64,000 nucleotides of DNA from Haliotis rufescens. Taxonomy: Eukaryota. Below, in pieces: positions 1 to 13,570 of the stretch (positions are counted from its first letter, which is position 1; every line of letters starts with the position of its first letter). Position numbers and translations under genes: made by a program. The stretch is from NCBI RefSeq assembly GCF_023055435.1, contig NW_025964383.1:48732001-48796000 (forward strand). Reading direction: 5' to 3'. The notes beneath the pieces were generated by a model that worked only from the letters and a program-made list of their open reading frames with translations, had not been told where the DNA came from and ran no database searches.

Positions 1-2131
1 GGATGTGTGTAAGTGTTGGATGTGTGTAAGTGTTGGAGGTGTGTAAGTGTTGGAGGTGTGTAAGTGTTGGAGGTGTGTAAGTGTTGGATGTGTGTAAGTG
101 TTGGAGGTGTGTAAGTGTTGGATGTGTGTAAGTGGTGGATGTATGTAAGTGGTGGATGTGTGTAAGTGTTGGAGGTGTGTAAGTGTTGGATGTGTGTAAG
201 TGGTGGAGTTGTGTTAGTGGTGGAGGTGTGTATGTGGTGGAGGTGTGTAAGTGGTGGATGTGTGTAAGTGGTGGAGGTGTGTTAGTGGTGGAGGTGTGTA
301 AGTGGTGGGGGTGTGTTAGTGGTGGATGTGTGTAAGTGGTGGAGGTGTGTTAGTGGTGGAGGTGTGTAAGTGTTGGAGGTGTGTAAGTGGCGGAAGTGCG
401 TGAGTATTGGAGGTGTGTAAGTGTTGGAGGTGTGTAAGTGTTGGAGGTTTGTAAGTGTTGGAGGTGTGTAAGTGGCGGAAGTGCTTAAGTGTTGGAGGTG
501 TGTAAGTGTTGGAGGTGTGTAAGTGTTGGATGTGTGTAAGTGTTGGAGGTGTGTAAGTGTTGGAGGTGTGTAAGTGTTGGAGGTGTGTACGTGTTGGAGG
601 TGTGTAAGTGTTGGAGGTGTGTAAGTGTTAGATGTGTGTAAGTGTTGGGTGTGTGTAAGTGTTGGATGTGTGTAAGTGTTGGATGTGTGTAAGTGTTGGA
701 GGTGTGTAAGTGTTGGAGGTGTGTAAGTGTTGGAGGTGTGTAAGTGTTGGATGTGTGTAAGTGTTGGAGGTGTGTAAGTGTTGGATGTGTGTAAGTGGTG
801 GATGTATGTAAGTGGTGGATGTGTGTAAGTGTTGGAGGTGTGTAAGTGTTGGATGTGGGTAAGTGGTGGAGTTGTGTTAGTGGTGGAGGTGTGTATGTGG
901 TGGAGGTGTGTAAGTGGTGGATGTGTGTAAGTGGTGGAGGTGTGTTAGTGGTGGAGGTGTGTAAGTGGTGGGGGTGTGTTAGTGGTGGATGTGTGTAAGT
1001 GGTGGAGGTGTGTTAGTGGTGGAGGTGTGTAAGTGTTGGATGTGTTTAAGTGGTGGATGTGTGTAAGTGGTGGAGGTGTGTAAGTGGTGGAGGTGTGTTA
1101 GTGGTGGAGGTGTGTAAGTGGTGGAGGTGTGTAAGTGGTGGAGGTGTAAGTTGTGGATGTGTGTAAGTGGTGGAGGTGTGTAAATGGTGGATATGTGTAA
1201 GTGGTGGAGGTGTGTAAGTGGTGGATGTGTGTAATCGGTGGATGTGTGTTAGTGGTGGAGTTGTGTAAGTGGTGGAGGTGTGTAAGTGGTGGAGGTGTGT
1301 TAGTGGTGGAGGTGTGTAAGTGGTGGAGGTTTGTTAGTGGTGGAGGTGTGTAAGTGGTGGATGTGTGTAAGTGGTGGAGGTTTGTAAGTGGTGGATGTGT
1401 GTAAGTGGTGGAGATTTATAAGTGGTGGATGTGTGTAAGTGGTGGAGGTGTGTTAGTGGTGGAAGTGTGTAAGTGGTGGAGGTGTGTTAGTGGTGGAGGT
1501 GTGTAAGTGGTGGAGGTGTGTAAGTGGTGGAGGTGTGTAAGTGGTGGATGTGTGTAAGTGGTGGAGGTGTGTAAGTGGTGGATGTGTGTAAGTGGTGGAG
1601 GTGTGTTAGTGGTGGAAGTGTGTAAGTGGTGGAGGTGTGTTAGTGGTGGATGTGTGTAAGTGGTGGATGTGTGTAAGTGGTGGAGGTGTGTAAGTGGTGG
1701 ATGTGTGTAAGTATTGGATGTATGTAAGTGGTGGAGGTGTGTAAGTGTTGGATGTGTGTAAGTGTTGGATGTGTGTAAGTGGTGGAGGTGTGTAAGTGGT
1801 GGATGTGTGTAAGTGGTGGAGGTGTGTTAGTGGTGGAAGTGTGTAAGTGGTGGAGGTGTGTTAGTGGTGGATGTGTGTAAGTGGTGGAGGTGTGTAAGTG
1901 GTGGATGTGTGTAAGTGGTGGATGTGTGTAAGTGGTGGAGGTGTGTAAGTGGTGGAGGTGTGTTAGTGGTGGATGTGTGTAAGTGGTGGAGGTGTGTTAG
2001 TGGTGGAGGTGTGTAAGTGGTGGAGGTGTGTAAGTGGTAGATGTGTGTAAGTGGTGGAGGTGTGTAAGTGTTGGATGTGTGTAAGTGGTGGAGGTGTGTA
2101 AGTGGTGGAGGTGTGTTAGTGGTGGAGGTGT
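1..2131. repeat. 17-bp minisatellite (GGAGGTGTGTAAGTGGT and variants), runs off the window start
   Basis: Tandem 17-bp units; diagnostic variants recur at a 663-bp (39-unit) offset (141 vs 804, 205 vs 868). Confidence 0.97.
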
Positions 2132-2214
2132 GCACGTGTTCGATCACTGAAGATCTGTGATGCCACCAGGTGTTCACGAAATAGGTATACATGTCCTGCT
2201 ACTTCTACTTCAAT

Positions 2215-2345
2215 AGTTCTGCCATACGAAGCATGCCTGTAAACAATCGGGTGTTGACCAGACAATCCACTGACAATATCATGAATAATGATCCACGTCA
2301 TCGGGGTACACTGACCGCTGTCAACCAAGTTTGACCACCGGATCT
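2215..2345 (-). mobile_element. Degenerate copy of SINE-like family B
   Basis: GACCAGACAATCCA...GATCCACG...TCAACCAAGT...GACCACC matches the better-preserved copy at 41045-41265. Confidence 0.6.
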
Positions 2346-4222
2346 AAGCAGCATCTACTCACTAAATGTGCAGTGAAGTGACTGAAACATTCGCAACAGT
2401 CCATGCTATTGGGATACACAAACACAATGAAGCAGGCCACACAGTGACGTCAGTTGCCACAGCACGCATAGCTACAGGAACATATTCTGACCATGAAACC
2501 ACACAGGGCACCTGCTGAATGAGTTTCCACCCTGAGACATGAATATATTTACCCAACCTGTTTTTACTATATACACATTCAGCTATTGGATTTGTTAATG
2601 TTGATAATTTTCTTCTTCCATGTTTAAGACAAAGAACTGCAGGACATGGAACATTGACTGTTGACTTTATCACTACAACACGTGGTACTACGGTTATAAT
2701 TGTGGAGGTATACCACATGAACACATACCTGTAACACGCCCAACTCAATCCTGACACAAAGTCCTCAGACGTGGACGGACGAACCATTAAGCCACACAGG
2801 ACAGCGTTGACAGGCTGCCCCTTGTGTGAGAAGAGCGTGTACTGCATGTCTCAGCATGCAAGACCTGAAAGCAAAGGTTCTCATTGTGTTTGTTGAGCAT
2901 GCCAAGGGGATTGTTACAAACTCCTAGATACATGTATGGGGTACAGCCAGCTGTTAGACAACTATTACAGGGTATTCAGTGTTGTAATTCTGTATGCTGA
3001 GTAGGTAAGGGTTGTTGTTGGGTAGAGAATGTCGTGCGGTGTATTGAGTATAACTGACAGTGTTTAACCCATTCCGGTCACAGTTGTACTGTGATTCATC
3101 AAATTAATGCGACCCCATAGCCTAATGAAATGAATGCGAGTAGGCCTACCTTTATAGTGTTAAAGCAAAAAAAGGAAATTTAGAGCAGCTTAGAATCCTA
3201 TAATATAGCAAAAGAAACGTTTCAAGTATACTGTCACTGTACTTTGTTGCTCTGCGTTTCAATTCAAATCATTCAATTCTCACAGCGCGGTCATTTCGTC
3301 AAACCTGAGAGAAACGTGTCCCGAGATTGATATTTTATATACAACATTTGAATTCATGTGTGTGGTAGATTTATGCCGTTCAAGGATGTCGTCGGGATGC
3401 CCTTACCCATGCAACAATCGTACATTACACGGAACAGGCAAATTAGAAGTCATCAACACACAAGAATATATGGAAAGTTTCAAGCCGCGTTCAAATACAT
3501 TGCACTACGTTTTCAATGTACACAGCTAAATGTTATTATTTGACATCTCTAGACACGGATGTCCTATACTGTAAACAAAAACACAGTAGAAACAATACCA
3601 GCCAACATGGAACAGTCAGATCATTTGAGAGTACGAACAGTTTTGAAACTTTACTGCAGCCCAAGCCCAAGTATTGAAACCTGGTGTGGGTATGTAACAT
3701 TGGGACAATCTGACACGAGTTATGTCCCTTGTGTGGCGTACCCAACCTGGAGGACAGTTACAAGGAACGCGTGCTAAATACCAGTGTTACTTTTACTTGT
3801 TGGTGTGGGGTTCGGCTTCTGATTCTCCTCACAATGACCCCCCCTCCCATCACCCTGTCCGCCCCGGGGATAGTTATGGTCCCAGAACCTGTACACTTCA
3901 TCATTGCTGCAATGTCCAGCACACAGATCCCTCTCCGGACATGCGATCAAGGGGAGGTTATCCCAATCAGTCCGCCAAGGCTGCGGTGCTCTGTGTTGAA
4001 GATGGGTTAGCAAAATATATTTTTGATAAAGTAGATATGATGGAGTTCTGACACTCGCCATCTAAAGACAAACCAAAGTAACCTGATGAAATATTCCATA
4101 TTCTATTTTACCATCAATTCAATGTAGAATCTAAAAATTACATTTACTCATCGTACTATTTTCACAAAGGAACAAGAAAGCAAAACCTGTGATATGACCG
4201 GTGCATTTCAGGGTCGCAGCAG

Positions 4223-4397
4223 GTTAACGCATGTCAGTGTCTTGTGTAGGCGCATTGGGTTAACGCATGTCAGTGTCTTGTGTAGGCGCATTGGGTAAAC
4301 GCATGTCAGTGTCTTGTGTAGGCGCATTGGGTTAACGCATGTCAGTGTCTTGTGTAGGCGCATTGTGTTAACGCATGTCAGTGTCTTGTGTAGGCAC
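4223..4397. repeat. 36-bp tandem repeat, about 5 copies
   Basis: Unit GTTAACGCATGTCAGTGTCTTGTGTAGGCGCATTGG. Confidence 0.95.
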
Positions 4398-4613
4398 ATC
4401 GTATTACCTGGGGAACATGTACACGCATGCTCCTTGTGTTTGTAGTACAGACCTAGGATGAAACAGTGATGAACCACGTTTATATTCATCTGGTAATTAT
4501 CACCTCCTATGTATGACTTAAGGAGTGTAAACGTCCAGAATTCGTGAGATTGTATCCTCTAACCGGACATTAATCAGCTGTTTTAATTTGCTTCTTTCAT
4601 GCTCAGGGAGACA

Positions 4614-4665
4614 ATGTGGCCTTTTGGGGTTACAGTGATTGCATGGATGCTTATCCCCACACAAG
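4614..4665 (+). CDS. Gene A coding exon 1: signal peptide of SCARF/MEGF-like EGF receptor
   Basis: Pyrimidine tract+AG at 4605-6, ATG 4614, MWPFGVTVIAWMLIPTQ-G, donor GTAAG 4666 (phase 1); 52 coding nt, as in gene C exon 1. Confidence 0.8.
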
Positions 4666-5204
4666 GTAAGCAGATTAGTAATCTATATACATTGTGCTAC
4701 ATGAGGTAGGGCATCGTAAAGTGGGTCGCTTGTTGGCAGCGCTTCCAGAATGTTGACATTATTATTAAATTAGTTGATAAAAAACTATGCTCTTTGACGG
4801 TGTCACTCCAGCAAGAATAGACAATGCATTTGATGTCTTTGATGTCTAGTGTATATATAATTGACCCGTTTAAGATACAAATGTTTGATAACAATAATTG
4901 GTATTACTAAATAGCAAGGCGCGAGCGTCTGTAGTGCAGGGACAAGTTTCAATGACAAATACTGAAATCTCCCAACATCGATGGGCTTATTCAATGAGAT
5001 TGTGTGGAGATATAATAGATCGCTGAGAGGAACTTATGCACAACCTCTCCTTGGGCTGGCATCACATGGCATTGTTTAGCGGTGGCTGTTGCTACAATTA
5101 AAGTATGATGATATGGTCTGAGTCGTACAGTGGACTCTGACTTTTAATAGAAGAGATACGTTATGACTAAGGAAATTGTTTTGGTAGCTTTTATTTATTC
5201 TCAG

Positions 5205-6203
5205 GTGGTAAATGTTCCTATAACCAGCACTGCTCCGAGTGTGAGGACCAGACAGGTCGATGCAGCACCAACTGCTCTAAAGGATATTTCGGCCCAAAGT
5301 GCATGGATGTTTGCAGCAGAAGGTGCAGGTACCACACATGTCAGCTGCACCTCGACAGGGGGATTGGGAGATGTACTGATGGCTGCATACCAGGATTCCA
5401 AGGCCCAAACTGCCAGAGACCATGTTACACTCACCAGGTAGACTGTACCAGATGCCCAGGTGGATGTGATGGGAAGTATTGCCAGATGGGTGGAACTTGT
5501 TTCTCTGGCTGCAGCGACTCATACTACGGAGAAGGATGTAGGACGTGTTCCAGCAGATGCAAGTCCTGCAACAGGATCACAGGAACATGTGAGGAGTGTC
5601 AGCCTCCATATTCTGGACTGGACTGTAGATCCTCGTGTGAGCACTGTGTCGGTGGATGTGAGAGTGGCTGCCAACAGGGATGCAGACAAGGATTCTATGG
5701 AGACAACTGTACTGAAGCATGCAGTGACACCTGCCGAGCTGATCCCTCCCTGTCTACTGATGAACGATGTCCTGAGGGAGACTCATGTACCCCAGAGTGC
5801 CACAGCCAGACTGGCGAGTGTGTTCACGGTTGTGTAGATGGCTGGTACGGCCCGAAGTGTTCAAGGCGATGCAACCCTAAATGCACCCATCAAAGGTGCA
5901 ACCGCGCAGGTGCGTGTATTGAAGGATGTGCACCTGGACATGTCAGGTCTGATTGTGAACTGTGTCTGCAGCAATGCCTCAACCTCACCTGTGCCTTAAA
6001 CAACGGATCTTGTTGCAATGGTTGCAGCAGTGGTTTATTGGTAGAAAGCTGCAACCTATCTTGCAACGTATGTCTGGGTGGTATTGTTGGTATGAACACA
6101 AGTGTATGTATACTTGTGAAGAATATCACTCAATACATGTGTGGGTATAACTGTACAAACAACGGCTCATCACCTAGTTGCTCTGCCGGATCTTGTGTTA
6201 CAG
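5205..6203 (+). CDS. Gene A exon 2: multi-EGF-like (SCARF1/MEGF10-type) ectodomain
   Basis: Acceptor TTTATTCTCAG; open frame GKCSYNQHC...CxxGYFGPKC...GWYGPKC...SCVT continuous with ORF 5303-6217; donor GTAAGT 6204, phase 1-1. Confidence 0.93.
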
Positions 6204-6675
6204 GTAAGTCATGCTGATTGGTCTGACATATCGCTTGTTAATACTGATCTGGATTTTTTGGGTTCTTCTTTAATGTTTATCATAACAGCAGTAGTTGTTT
6301 CTGAAACGAAATGTTGAGAAATATTATCATAAAATTCCAAGTCAATATAAAGGTATTCTGAAATGTCACATTGGGAACTGTCTATGGGGGATTGTGAAAC
6401 ATGAAAGCAGTGATTGTGTTGCCTTGGTAATGTGTACTGTGTATTTTGAAAAAAACCCATTTACTTTATTCATGGTTTGAGATAAAGTTAATTAATTTAT
6501 CTTTTCTGAAAATAGATAATGCACCCTAAAACATTCAGAAAGACTTCAAATCAATTTCATGCACGGCGCACAATTTAGATGTTTGCCTGTTTGTAGGGAC
6601 AATAATACTCACTCATGTGGTCTTTGAATGTGAACAGCGCATAATGACCATTCAGCTGTCAGGTGCTCATACGCA

Positions 6676-7559
6676 TTGCCACTCCTTGCTGCAAATAGTC
6701 GCACCGTCGAGATGCTGCAAACAGGAATGGCACAAAAGGAATTTCAGTGTTCAACAAAACACAATATCAGACGTTATCTTCAGCAGGGCAACGCTTATTA
6801 CTTACGTATTAGTCGCCAACAAGTGACGCCATGTCAACAAGACAGCTATATGTGTTTGATGCATTCACGGAATCGATACCAACCTGCCACATTAGCAGCT
6901 CGGACAATTCCTAGGTGGACAGAAAGTAATGGCAGAGCCTTATTGAACCGTCGATACACACAGTAGTGCTTCCGAGCTCGGTGTAGCCAGTAGCTGAGGT
7001 TCGGAAGACAAAACAGGGGCAGTATACTATTCGCAGATGAGTCCAGGTGTCATCTGGACAGCTCTGATGGTCGTGCAAGGGTCTGCTAGCAGGAGGACGT
7101 CGTAAGGACATTTGTGTTACGCAACGTCGTCAGTTTGGGGGTGGAGGTGTAAGGGTGTGGGGTGGCATCACAACTCAAAGGAGAACGTATCTCATCATTG
7201 TTAATGGCAACTTGAATGGGGTACGCTGCCGGGACAACATCGTTCAAGGGCATGTTTCACCCTTCGTCCAAACACAGTGACGTGACGTCACGTTGCAAAA
7301 GGAAAATGCCCCCCCCACACGTTGCACATGTTGTAACAGGATTTTTGAAGCAGCATAACATTGTAACACAGGCCTGGGATGAGATAGGGGACGCCTACGA
7401 CAGGACCCGAACGAGCCTGTAATGCTAGCTCAGTAAAACCAGTATTTGATTTACATGTGGAACAACATCCCCAATCATGTTTTCAATCATGTGGTGTCTT
7501 CAGTTCGCCCCCGCTGCCTCGCATGTATCAACGCACACGGTGGTGTTGCACGATATTGA
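6676..7559 (+). mobile_element. Decayed Tc1/mariner transposase (pseudogene) in gene A intron 2
   Basis: N-terminal MLQTGMAQ...RNRYQPATLAARTIP (Tc1 HTH region), ILFADESR (first catalytic D), FGGGGVRVWGGI, QKENAPPH (QDNARPH-like), AWDEIG, C-terminal RCLACINAHGGVARY*; several stops and frameshifts. Confidence 0.88.
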
Positions 7560-7849
7560 CATTATTAAGTGAGCTGTTTTCTTTTCGGACGTGCCTCTCT
7601 TTGGTGTGGATTTTGTCAATGAATGTGTTATGATTCAGACGGTCGACCAAATATTATGCTGTTATTTTAAATAAGAACATTTACACTACTTTTCATGAAG
7701 CACAGTTACCTTTTCCCGTCAGCATGCCCATTGTAGGAAGTAAAAACTGAAAAAGGCCCTGAACATATCTGATCAATATTTAAAAAATGTACAGAATTGA
7801 CATTTTCAGAAATAGTATTGTACCGACGTAAGTTGTTTATTTCTTTCAG

Positions 7850-7964
7850 ACTCTTCACCAATCGACACAGAGACTGTGAAGTACCTGGTGGTGTTTGTCA
7901 TCTGCATCCTGGCAGCAAGTACAGTTGGCTACTGCTGCTACCGCAGAGGTCTCTCAGCCAAAAT
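7850..7964 (+). CDS. Gene A exon 3: transmembrane exon
   Basis: Acceptor TTTCTTTCAG; DSSPIDTETVKYLVVFVICILAASTVGYCCYRRGLSAK; donor GTACGT 7965; phase 1-2, 115 nt (same length as gene C TM exon). Confidence 0.85.
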
Positions 7965-8154
7965 GTACGTTATATCGCGATCATCACGACTAATTAAACG
8001 ACCATTAAACAAATTGATCAAATTGAATCAGACACTCGTCGTATCTTATTATGGTTTTAGAAAAGATCGGTCGCAATCACCTCCATTAAGTAAACCACTT
8101 TTAAGCGATGAAATTAATTCAGGAAACTATAACTTGTTGTTCATCCAATTTTAG

Positions 8155-8302
8155 AGAGGATACGGGTTCACAGACCGGGACAGAACAACCTGAATCACGC
8201 ACCTGCCACCACAGTCAACGGGACATACAGGGTGACCAGTCCGAACACATTTATGATGACACCGATGAAGAGGACACGGGACCAGTCATTGTATATCTTT
8301 AA
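8155..8302 (+). CDS. Gene A exon 4: acidic cytoplasmic tail with tyrosine motif, stop
   Basis: Acceptor ATTTTAG, phase 2 fits; EDTGSQ...SEHIYDDTDEEDTGPVIVYL*; AATAAA at 8330-8335. Joined CDS 1314 nt = 437 aa. Confidence 0.8.
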
Positions 8303-8523
8303 TTCAGCATGTGAGACTATTCAGAAAGCAATAAAAATATTCTTCATTTTCTGTCGACACAAAATGATCACTAGTAGCATTTATTAGAATGGCGCATAAG
8401 ACGCTTTTTTTCATTTCGTGGAAAAAAACTGATTTGGTATCATGAAGTGACATGCTTCATCAATATCAAGGCCAGTGACACCAGTTAGGCTTCACATATT
8501 AAACCCATTTGAGGACTTGAAAC

Positions 8524-8751
8524 CGGTGTCCCAGGCTTAACCTTCCCCAGGCCAGCTCTTCTCCTAGAACAGTTCTCCTCCGGTGACGACATTGCCTGGA
8601 CTGAAACTTCCCTGGCGAAGGTATATCCTTGGCCAGATCTCTACACTCAATTCGAGGGATTAAAGTCTGGCCAGGGTGGAGGAAAACTGGCCAAGGCTTT
8701 TACTTCCTCCGGGAAGACCTGGCCAGGGGCATGTTTCGGCCTTTCACACCG
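8524..8751. mobile_element. MITE-like non-autonomous element with imperfect TIRs
   Basis: Left CGGTGTCCCAGGCTTAACCTTCCCCAGGCCAG is an imperfect inverted repeat of right CTGGCCAGGGGCATGTTTCGGCCTTTCACACCG; internal repeated CTGGCCA motifs. Confidence 0.65.
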
Positions 8752-8803
8752 TCCTTTTGTGTGATGAGAGGGCGGTTTAAATCACTAGGCTACCCCAACG
8801 CCG

Positions 8804-11800
8804 AACAACACTTGTACTTACAGATAATACAACACTTGTACTTACAGACAACACAACACTTGTACTTACAGACAACACAACACTTGTACTTACAGACAAC
8901 ACAACACTTGTACTTACAGACAACACAACACTTGTACTTACAGACAACACAACACTTGTACTTACAGACAACACAACACTTGTACTTACAGACAACACAA
9001 CACTTGTACTTACAGACAACACAACACTTGTACTTACAGACAACACAACACTTGTACTTACAGACAACACAACACTTGTACTTACAGACAACACAACACT
9101 TGTACTTACAGACAACACAACACTTGTACTTACAGATAATACAACACTTGTACTTACAGACAACACAACACTTGTACTTACAGACAACACAACACTTGTA
9201 CTTACAGATAATACAACACTTGTACTTACAGACAACACAACACTTGTACTTACAGACAACACAACACTTGTACTTACAGACAACACAACACTTGTACTTA
9301 CAGACAACACAACACTTGTACTTACAGACAACACAACACTTGTACTTACAGACAACACAACACTTGTACTTACAGACAACACAACACTTGTACTTACAGA
9401 CAACACAACACTTGTACTTACAGCCAACACAACACTTGTACTTACAGACAACACAACACTTGTACTTACAGACAACACAACACTTGTACTTACAGACAAC
9501 ACAACACTTGTACTTACAGACAACACAACACTTGTACTTACAGACAACACAACACTTGTACTTACAGACAACACAACACTTGTACTTACAGACAACACAA
9601 CACTTGTACTTACAGACAACACAACACTTGTACTTACAGACAACACAACACTTGTACTTACAGACAACACAACACTTGTACTTACAGACAACACAACACT
9701 TGTACTTACAGACAACACAACACTTGTACTTACAGACAACACAACACTTGTACTTACAGATAATACAACACTTGTACTTACAGACAACACAACACTTGTA
9801 CTTACAGATATATACAACACTTGTACTTACAGACAACACAACACTTGTACTTACAGACAACACAACACTTGTACTTACAGACAACACAACACTTGTACTT
9901 ACAGACAACACAACACTTGTACTTACAGACAACACAACACTTGTACTTACAGACAACACAACACTTGTACTTACAGACAACACAACACTTGTACTTACAG
10001 ACAACACAACACTTGTACTTACAGACAACACAACACTTGTACTTACAGACAACACAACACTTGTACTTACAGATAATACAACACTTGTACTTACAGACAA
10101 CACAACACTTGTACTTACAGACAACACAACACTTGTACTTACAGATAATACAACACTTGTACTTACAGACAACACAACACTTGTACTTACAGATATATAC
10201 AACACTTGTACTTACAGACAACACAACACTTGTACTTACAGACAACACAACACTTGTACTTACAGACAACACAACACTTGTACTTACAGACAACACAACA
10301 CTTGTACTTACAGACAACACAACACTTGTACTTACAGACAACACAACACTTGTACTTACAGATAATACAACACTTGTACTTACAGACAACACAACACTTG
10401 TACTTACAGATATATACAACACTTGTACTTACAGACAACACAACACTTGTACTTACAGACAACACAACACTTATACTTACAGACAACACAACACTTGTAC
10501 TTACAGACAACACAACACTTGTACTTACAGACAACACAACACTTGTACTTACAGACAACACAACACTTGTACTTACAGATAATACAACACTTGTACTTAC
10601 AGACAACACAACACTTGTACTTACAGACAACACAACACTTGTACTTACAGATAATACAACACTTGTACTTACAGACAACACAACACTTGTACTTACAGAT
10701 ATATACAACACTTGTACTTACAGACAACACAACACTTGTACTTACAGACAACACAACACTTGTACTTACAGACAACACAACACTTGTACTTACAGATAAT
10801 ACAACACTTGTACTTACAGACAACACAACACTTGTACTTACAGATATATACAACACTTGTACTTACAGACAACACAACACTTGTACTTACAGATATATAC
10901 AACACTTGTACTTACAGATATATACAACACTTGTACTTACAGACAACACAACACTTGTACTTACAGACAACACAACACTTGTACTTACAGACAACACAAC
11001 ACTTGTACTTACAGACAACACAACACTTGTACTTACAGATATATACAACACTTGTACTTACAGACAACACAACACTTGTACTTACAGATATATACAACAC
11101 TTGTACTTACAGATATATACAACACTTGTACTTACAGACAACACAACACTTGTACTTACAGATAATACAACACTTGTACTTACAGACAACACAACACTTG
11201 TACTTACAGACAACACAACACTTGTACTTACAGATAATACAACACTTGTACTTACAGACAACACAACACTTGTACTTACAGATATATACAACACTTGTAC
11301 TTACAGACAACACAACACTTGTACTTACAGACAACACAACACTTGTACTTACAGACAACACAACACTTGTACTTACAGACAACACAACACTTGTACTTAC
11401 AGACAACACAACACTTGTACTTACAGACAACACAACACTTGTACTTACAGATAATACAACACTTGTACTTACAGACAACACAACACTTGTACTTACAGAT
11501 ATATACAACACTTGTACTTACAGACAACACAACACTTGTACTTACAGACAACACAACACTTATACTTACAGACAACACAACACTTGTACTTACAGACAAC
11601 ACAACACTTGTACTTACAGACAACACAACACTTGTACTTACAGACAACACAACACTTGTACTTACAGATAATACAACACTTGTACTTACAGACAACACAA
11701 CACTTGTACTTACAGACAACACAACACTTGTACTTACAGATAATACAACACTTGTACTTACAGACAACACAACACTTGTACTTACAGATATATACAACAC

Positions 11801-13345
11801 TTGTACTTACAGACAACACAACACTTGTACTTACAGACAACACAACACTTGTACTTACAGACAACACAACACTTGTACTTACAGATAATACAACACTTGT
11901 ACTTACAGACAACACAACACTTGTACTTACAGATATATACAACACTTGTACTTACAGACAACACAACACTTGTACTTACAGATATATACAACACTTGTAC
12001 TTACAGATATATACAACACTTGTACTTACAGACAACACAACACTTGTACTTACAGACAACACAACACTTGTACTTACAGACAACACAACACTTGTACTTA
12101 CAGACAACACAACACTTGTACTTACAGATATATACAACACTTGTACTTACAGACAACACAACACTTGTACTTACAGATATATACAACACTTGTACTTACA
12201 GATATATACAACACTTGTACTTACAGACAACACAACACTTGTACTTACAGACAACACAACACTTGTACTTACAGACAACACAACACTTGTACTTACAGAT
12301 AATACAACACTTGTACTTACAGACAACACAACACTTGTACTTACAGATATATACAACACTTGTACTTACAGACAACACAACACTTGTACTTACAGACAAC
12401 ACAACACTTGTACTTACAGACAACACAACACTTGTACTTACAGACAACACAACACTTGTACTTACAGATAATACAACACTTGTACTTACAGACAACACAA
12501 CACTTGTACTTACAGATATATACAACACTTGTACTTACAGACAACACAACACTTGTACTTACAGACAACACAACACTTGTACTTACAGATATATACAACA
12601 CTTGTACTTACAGATAATACAACACTTGTACTTGCAGACAACACAACACTTGTACTTACAGACAACGCAACACTTGTACTTACAGACAACACAACACTTG
12701 TACTTACAGATATATACAACACTTGTACTTACAGATAATACAACACTTGTACTTACAGACAACACAACACTTGTACTTACAGACAACACAACACTTGTAC
12801 TTACAGACAACACAACACTTGTACTTACAGATAATACAACACTTGTACTTACAGACAACACAACACTTGTACTTACAGACAACACAACACTTGTACTTAC
12901 AGACAACACAACACTTGTACTTACAGACAACACAACACTTGTACTTACAGACAACACAACACTTGTACTTACAGACAACACAACACTTGTACTTACAGAT
13001 AATACAACACTTGTACTTACAGACAACACAACACTTGTACTTACAGACAACACAACACTTGTACTTACAGACAACACAACACTTGTACTTACAGACAACA
13101 CAACACTTGTACTTACAGACAACACAACACTTGTACTTACAGACAACACAACACTTGTACTTACAGATAATACAACACTTGTACTTACAGACAACACAAC
13201 ACTTGTACTTACAGATAATACAACAATTGTACTTACAGACAACACAACACTTGTACTTACAGACAACACAACACTTGTACTTACAGACAACACAACACTT
13301 GTACTTACAGACAACACAACACTTGTACTTACAGACAACACAACA
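8804..13345. repeat. 24-bp satellite (CAACACTTGTACTTACAGACAACA) with 24/25-bp variants
   Basis: About 190 near-identical units; variants GATAATA and GATATATA (+1 bp); 1089-bp higher-order duplication. Confidence 0.98.
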
Positions 13346-13570
13346 GTATGAAACTGTACCTGGTGAACCCGGTGAAATAGTCAGATTTGATCATGTGATT
13401 CTGGCCTTGATATTTTCATGGGAGAAATGACTTCTTTGTACCATGAGGAAAGTAAATTCGAACTTGGCCTGACAGTTATAGTACAGCTATCAAAACTAGA
13501 TTATTTATCTAATATGGTTTACATTTCCTGTTGAAAAGTGGCCAATACAACTATTTTAGCAACCATAGAC

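Noticed and set aside
2362-4061. Several 60-160 aa ORFs upstream of gene A
   Set aside because: No recognisable domain; overlapping on both strands as expected for non-coding DNA.
13330-13400. Possible minus-strand mini-exon ending at the GTAAGT in the 24-bp unit, translating TVSYCC (similar to gene A TVGYCC)
   Set aside because: Only about 20 bp of similarity and no partner exons found.
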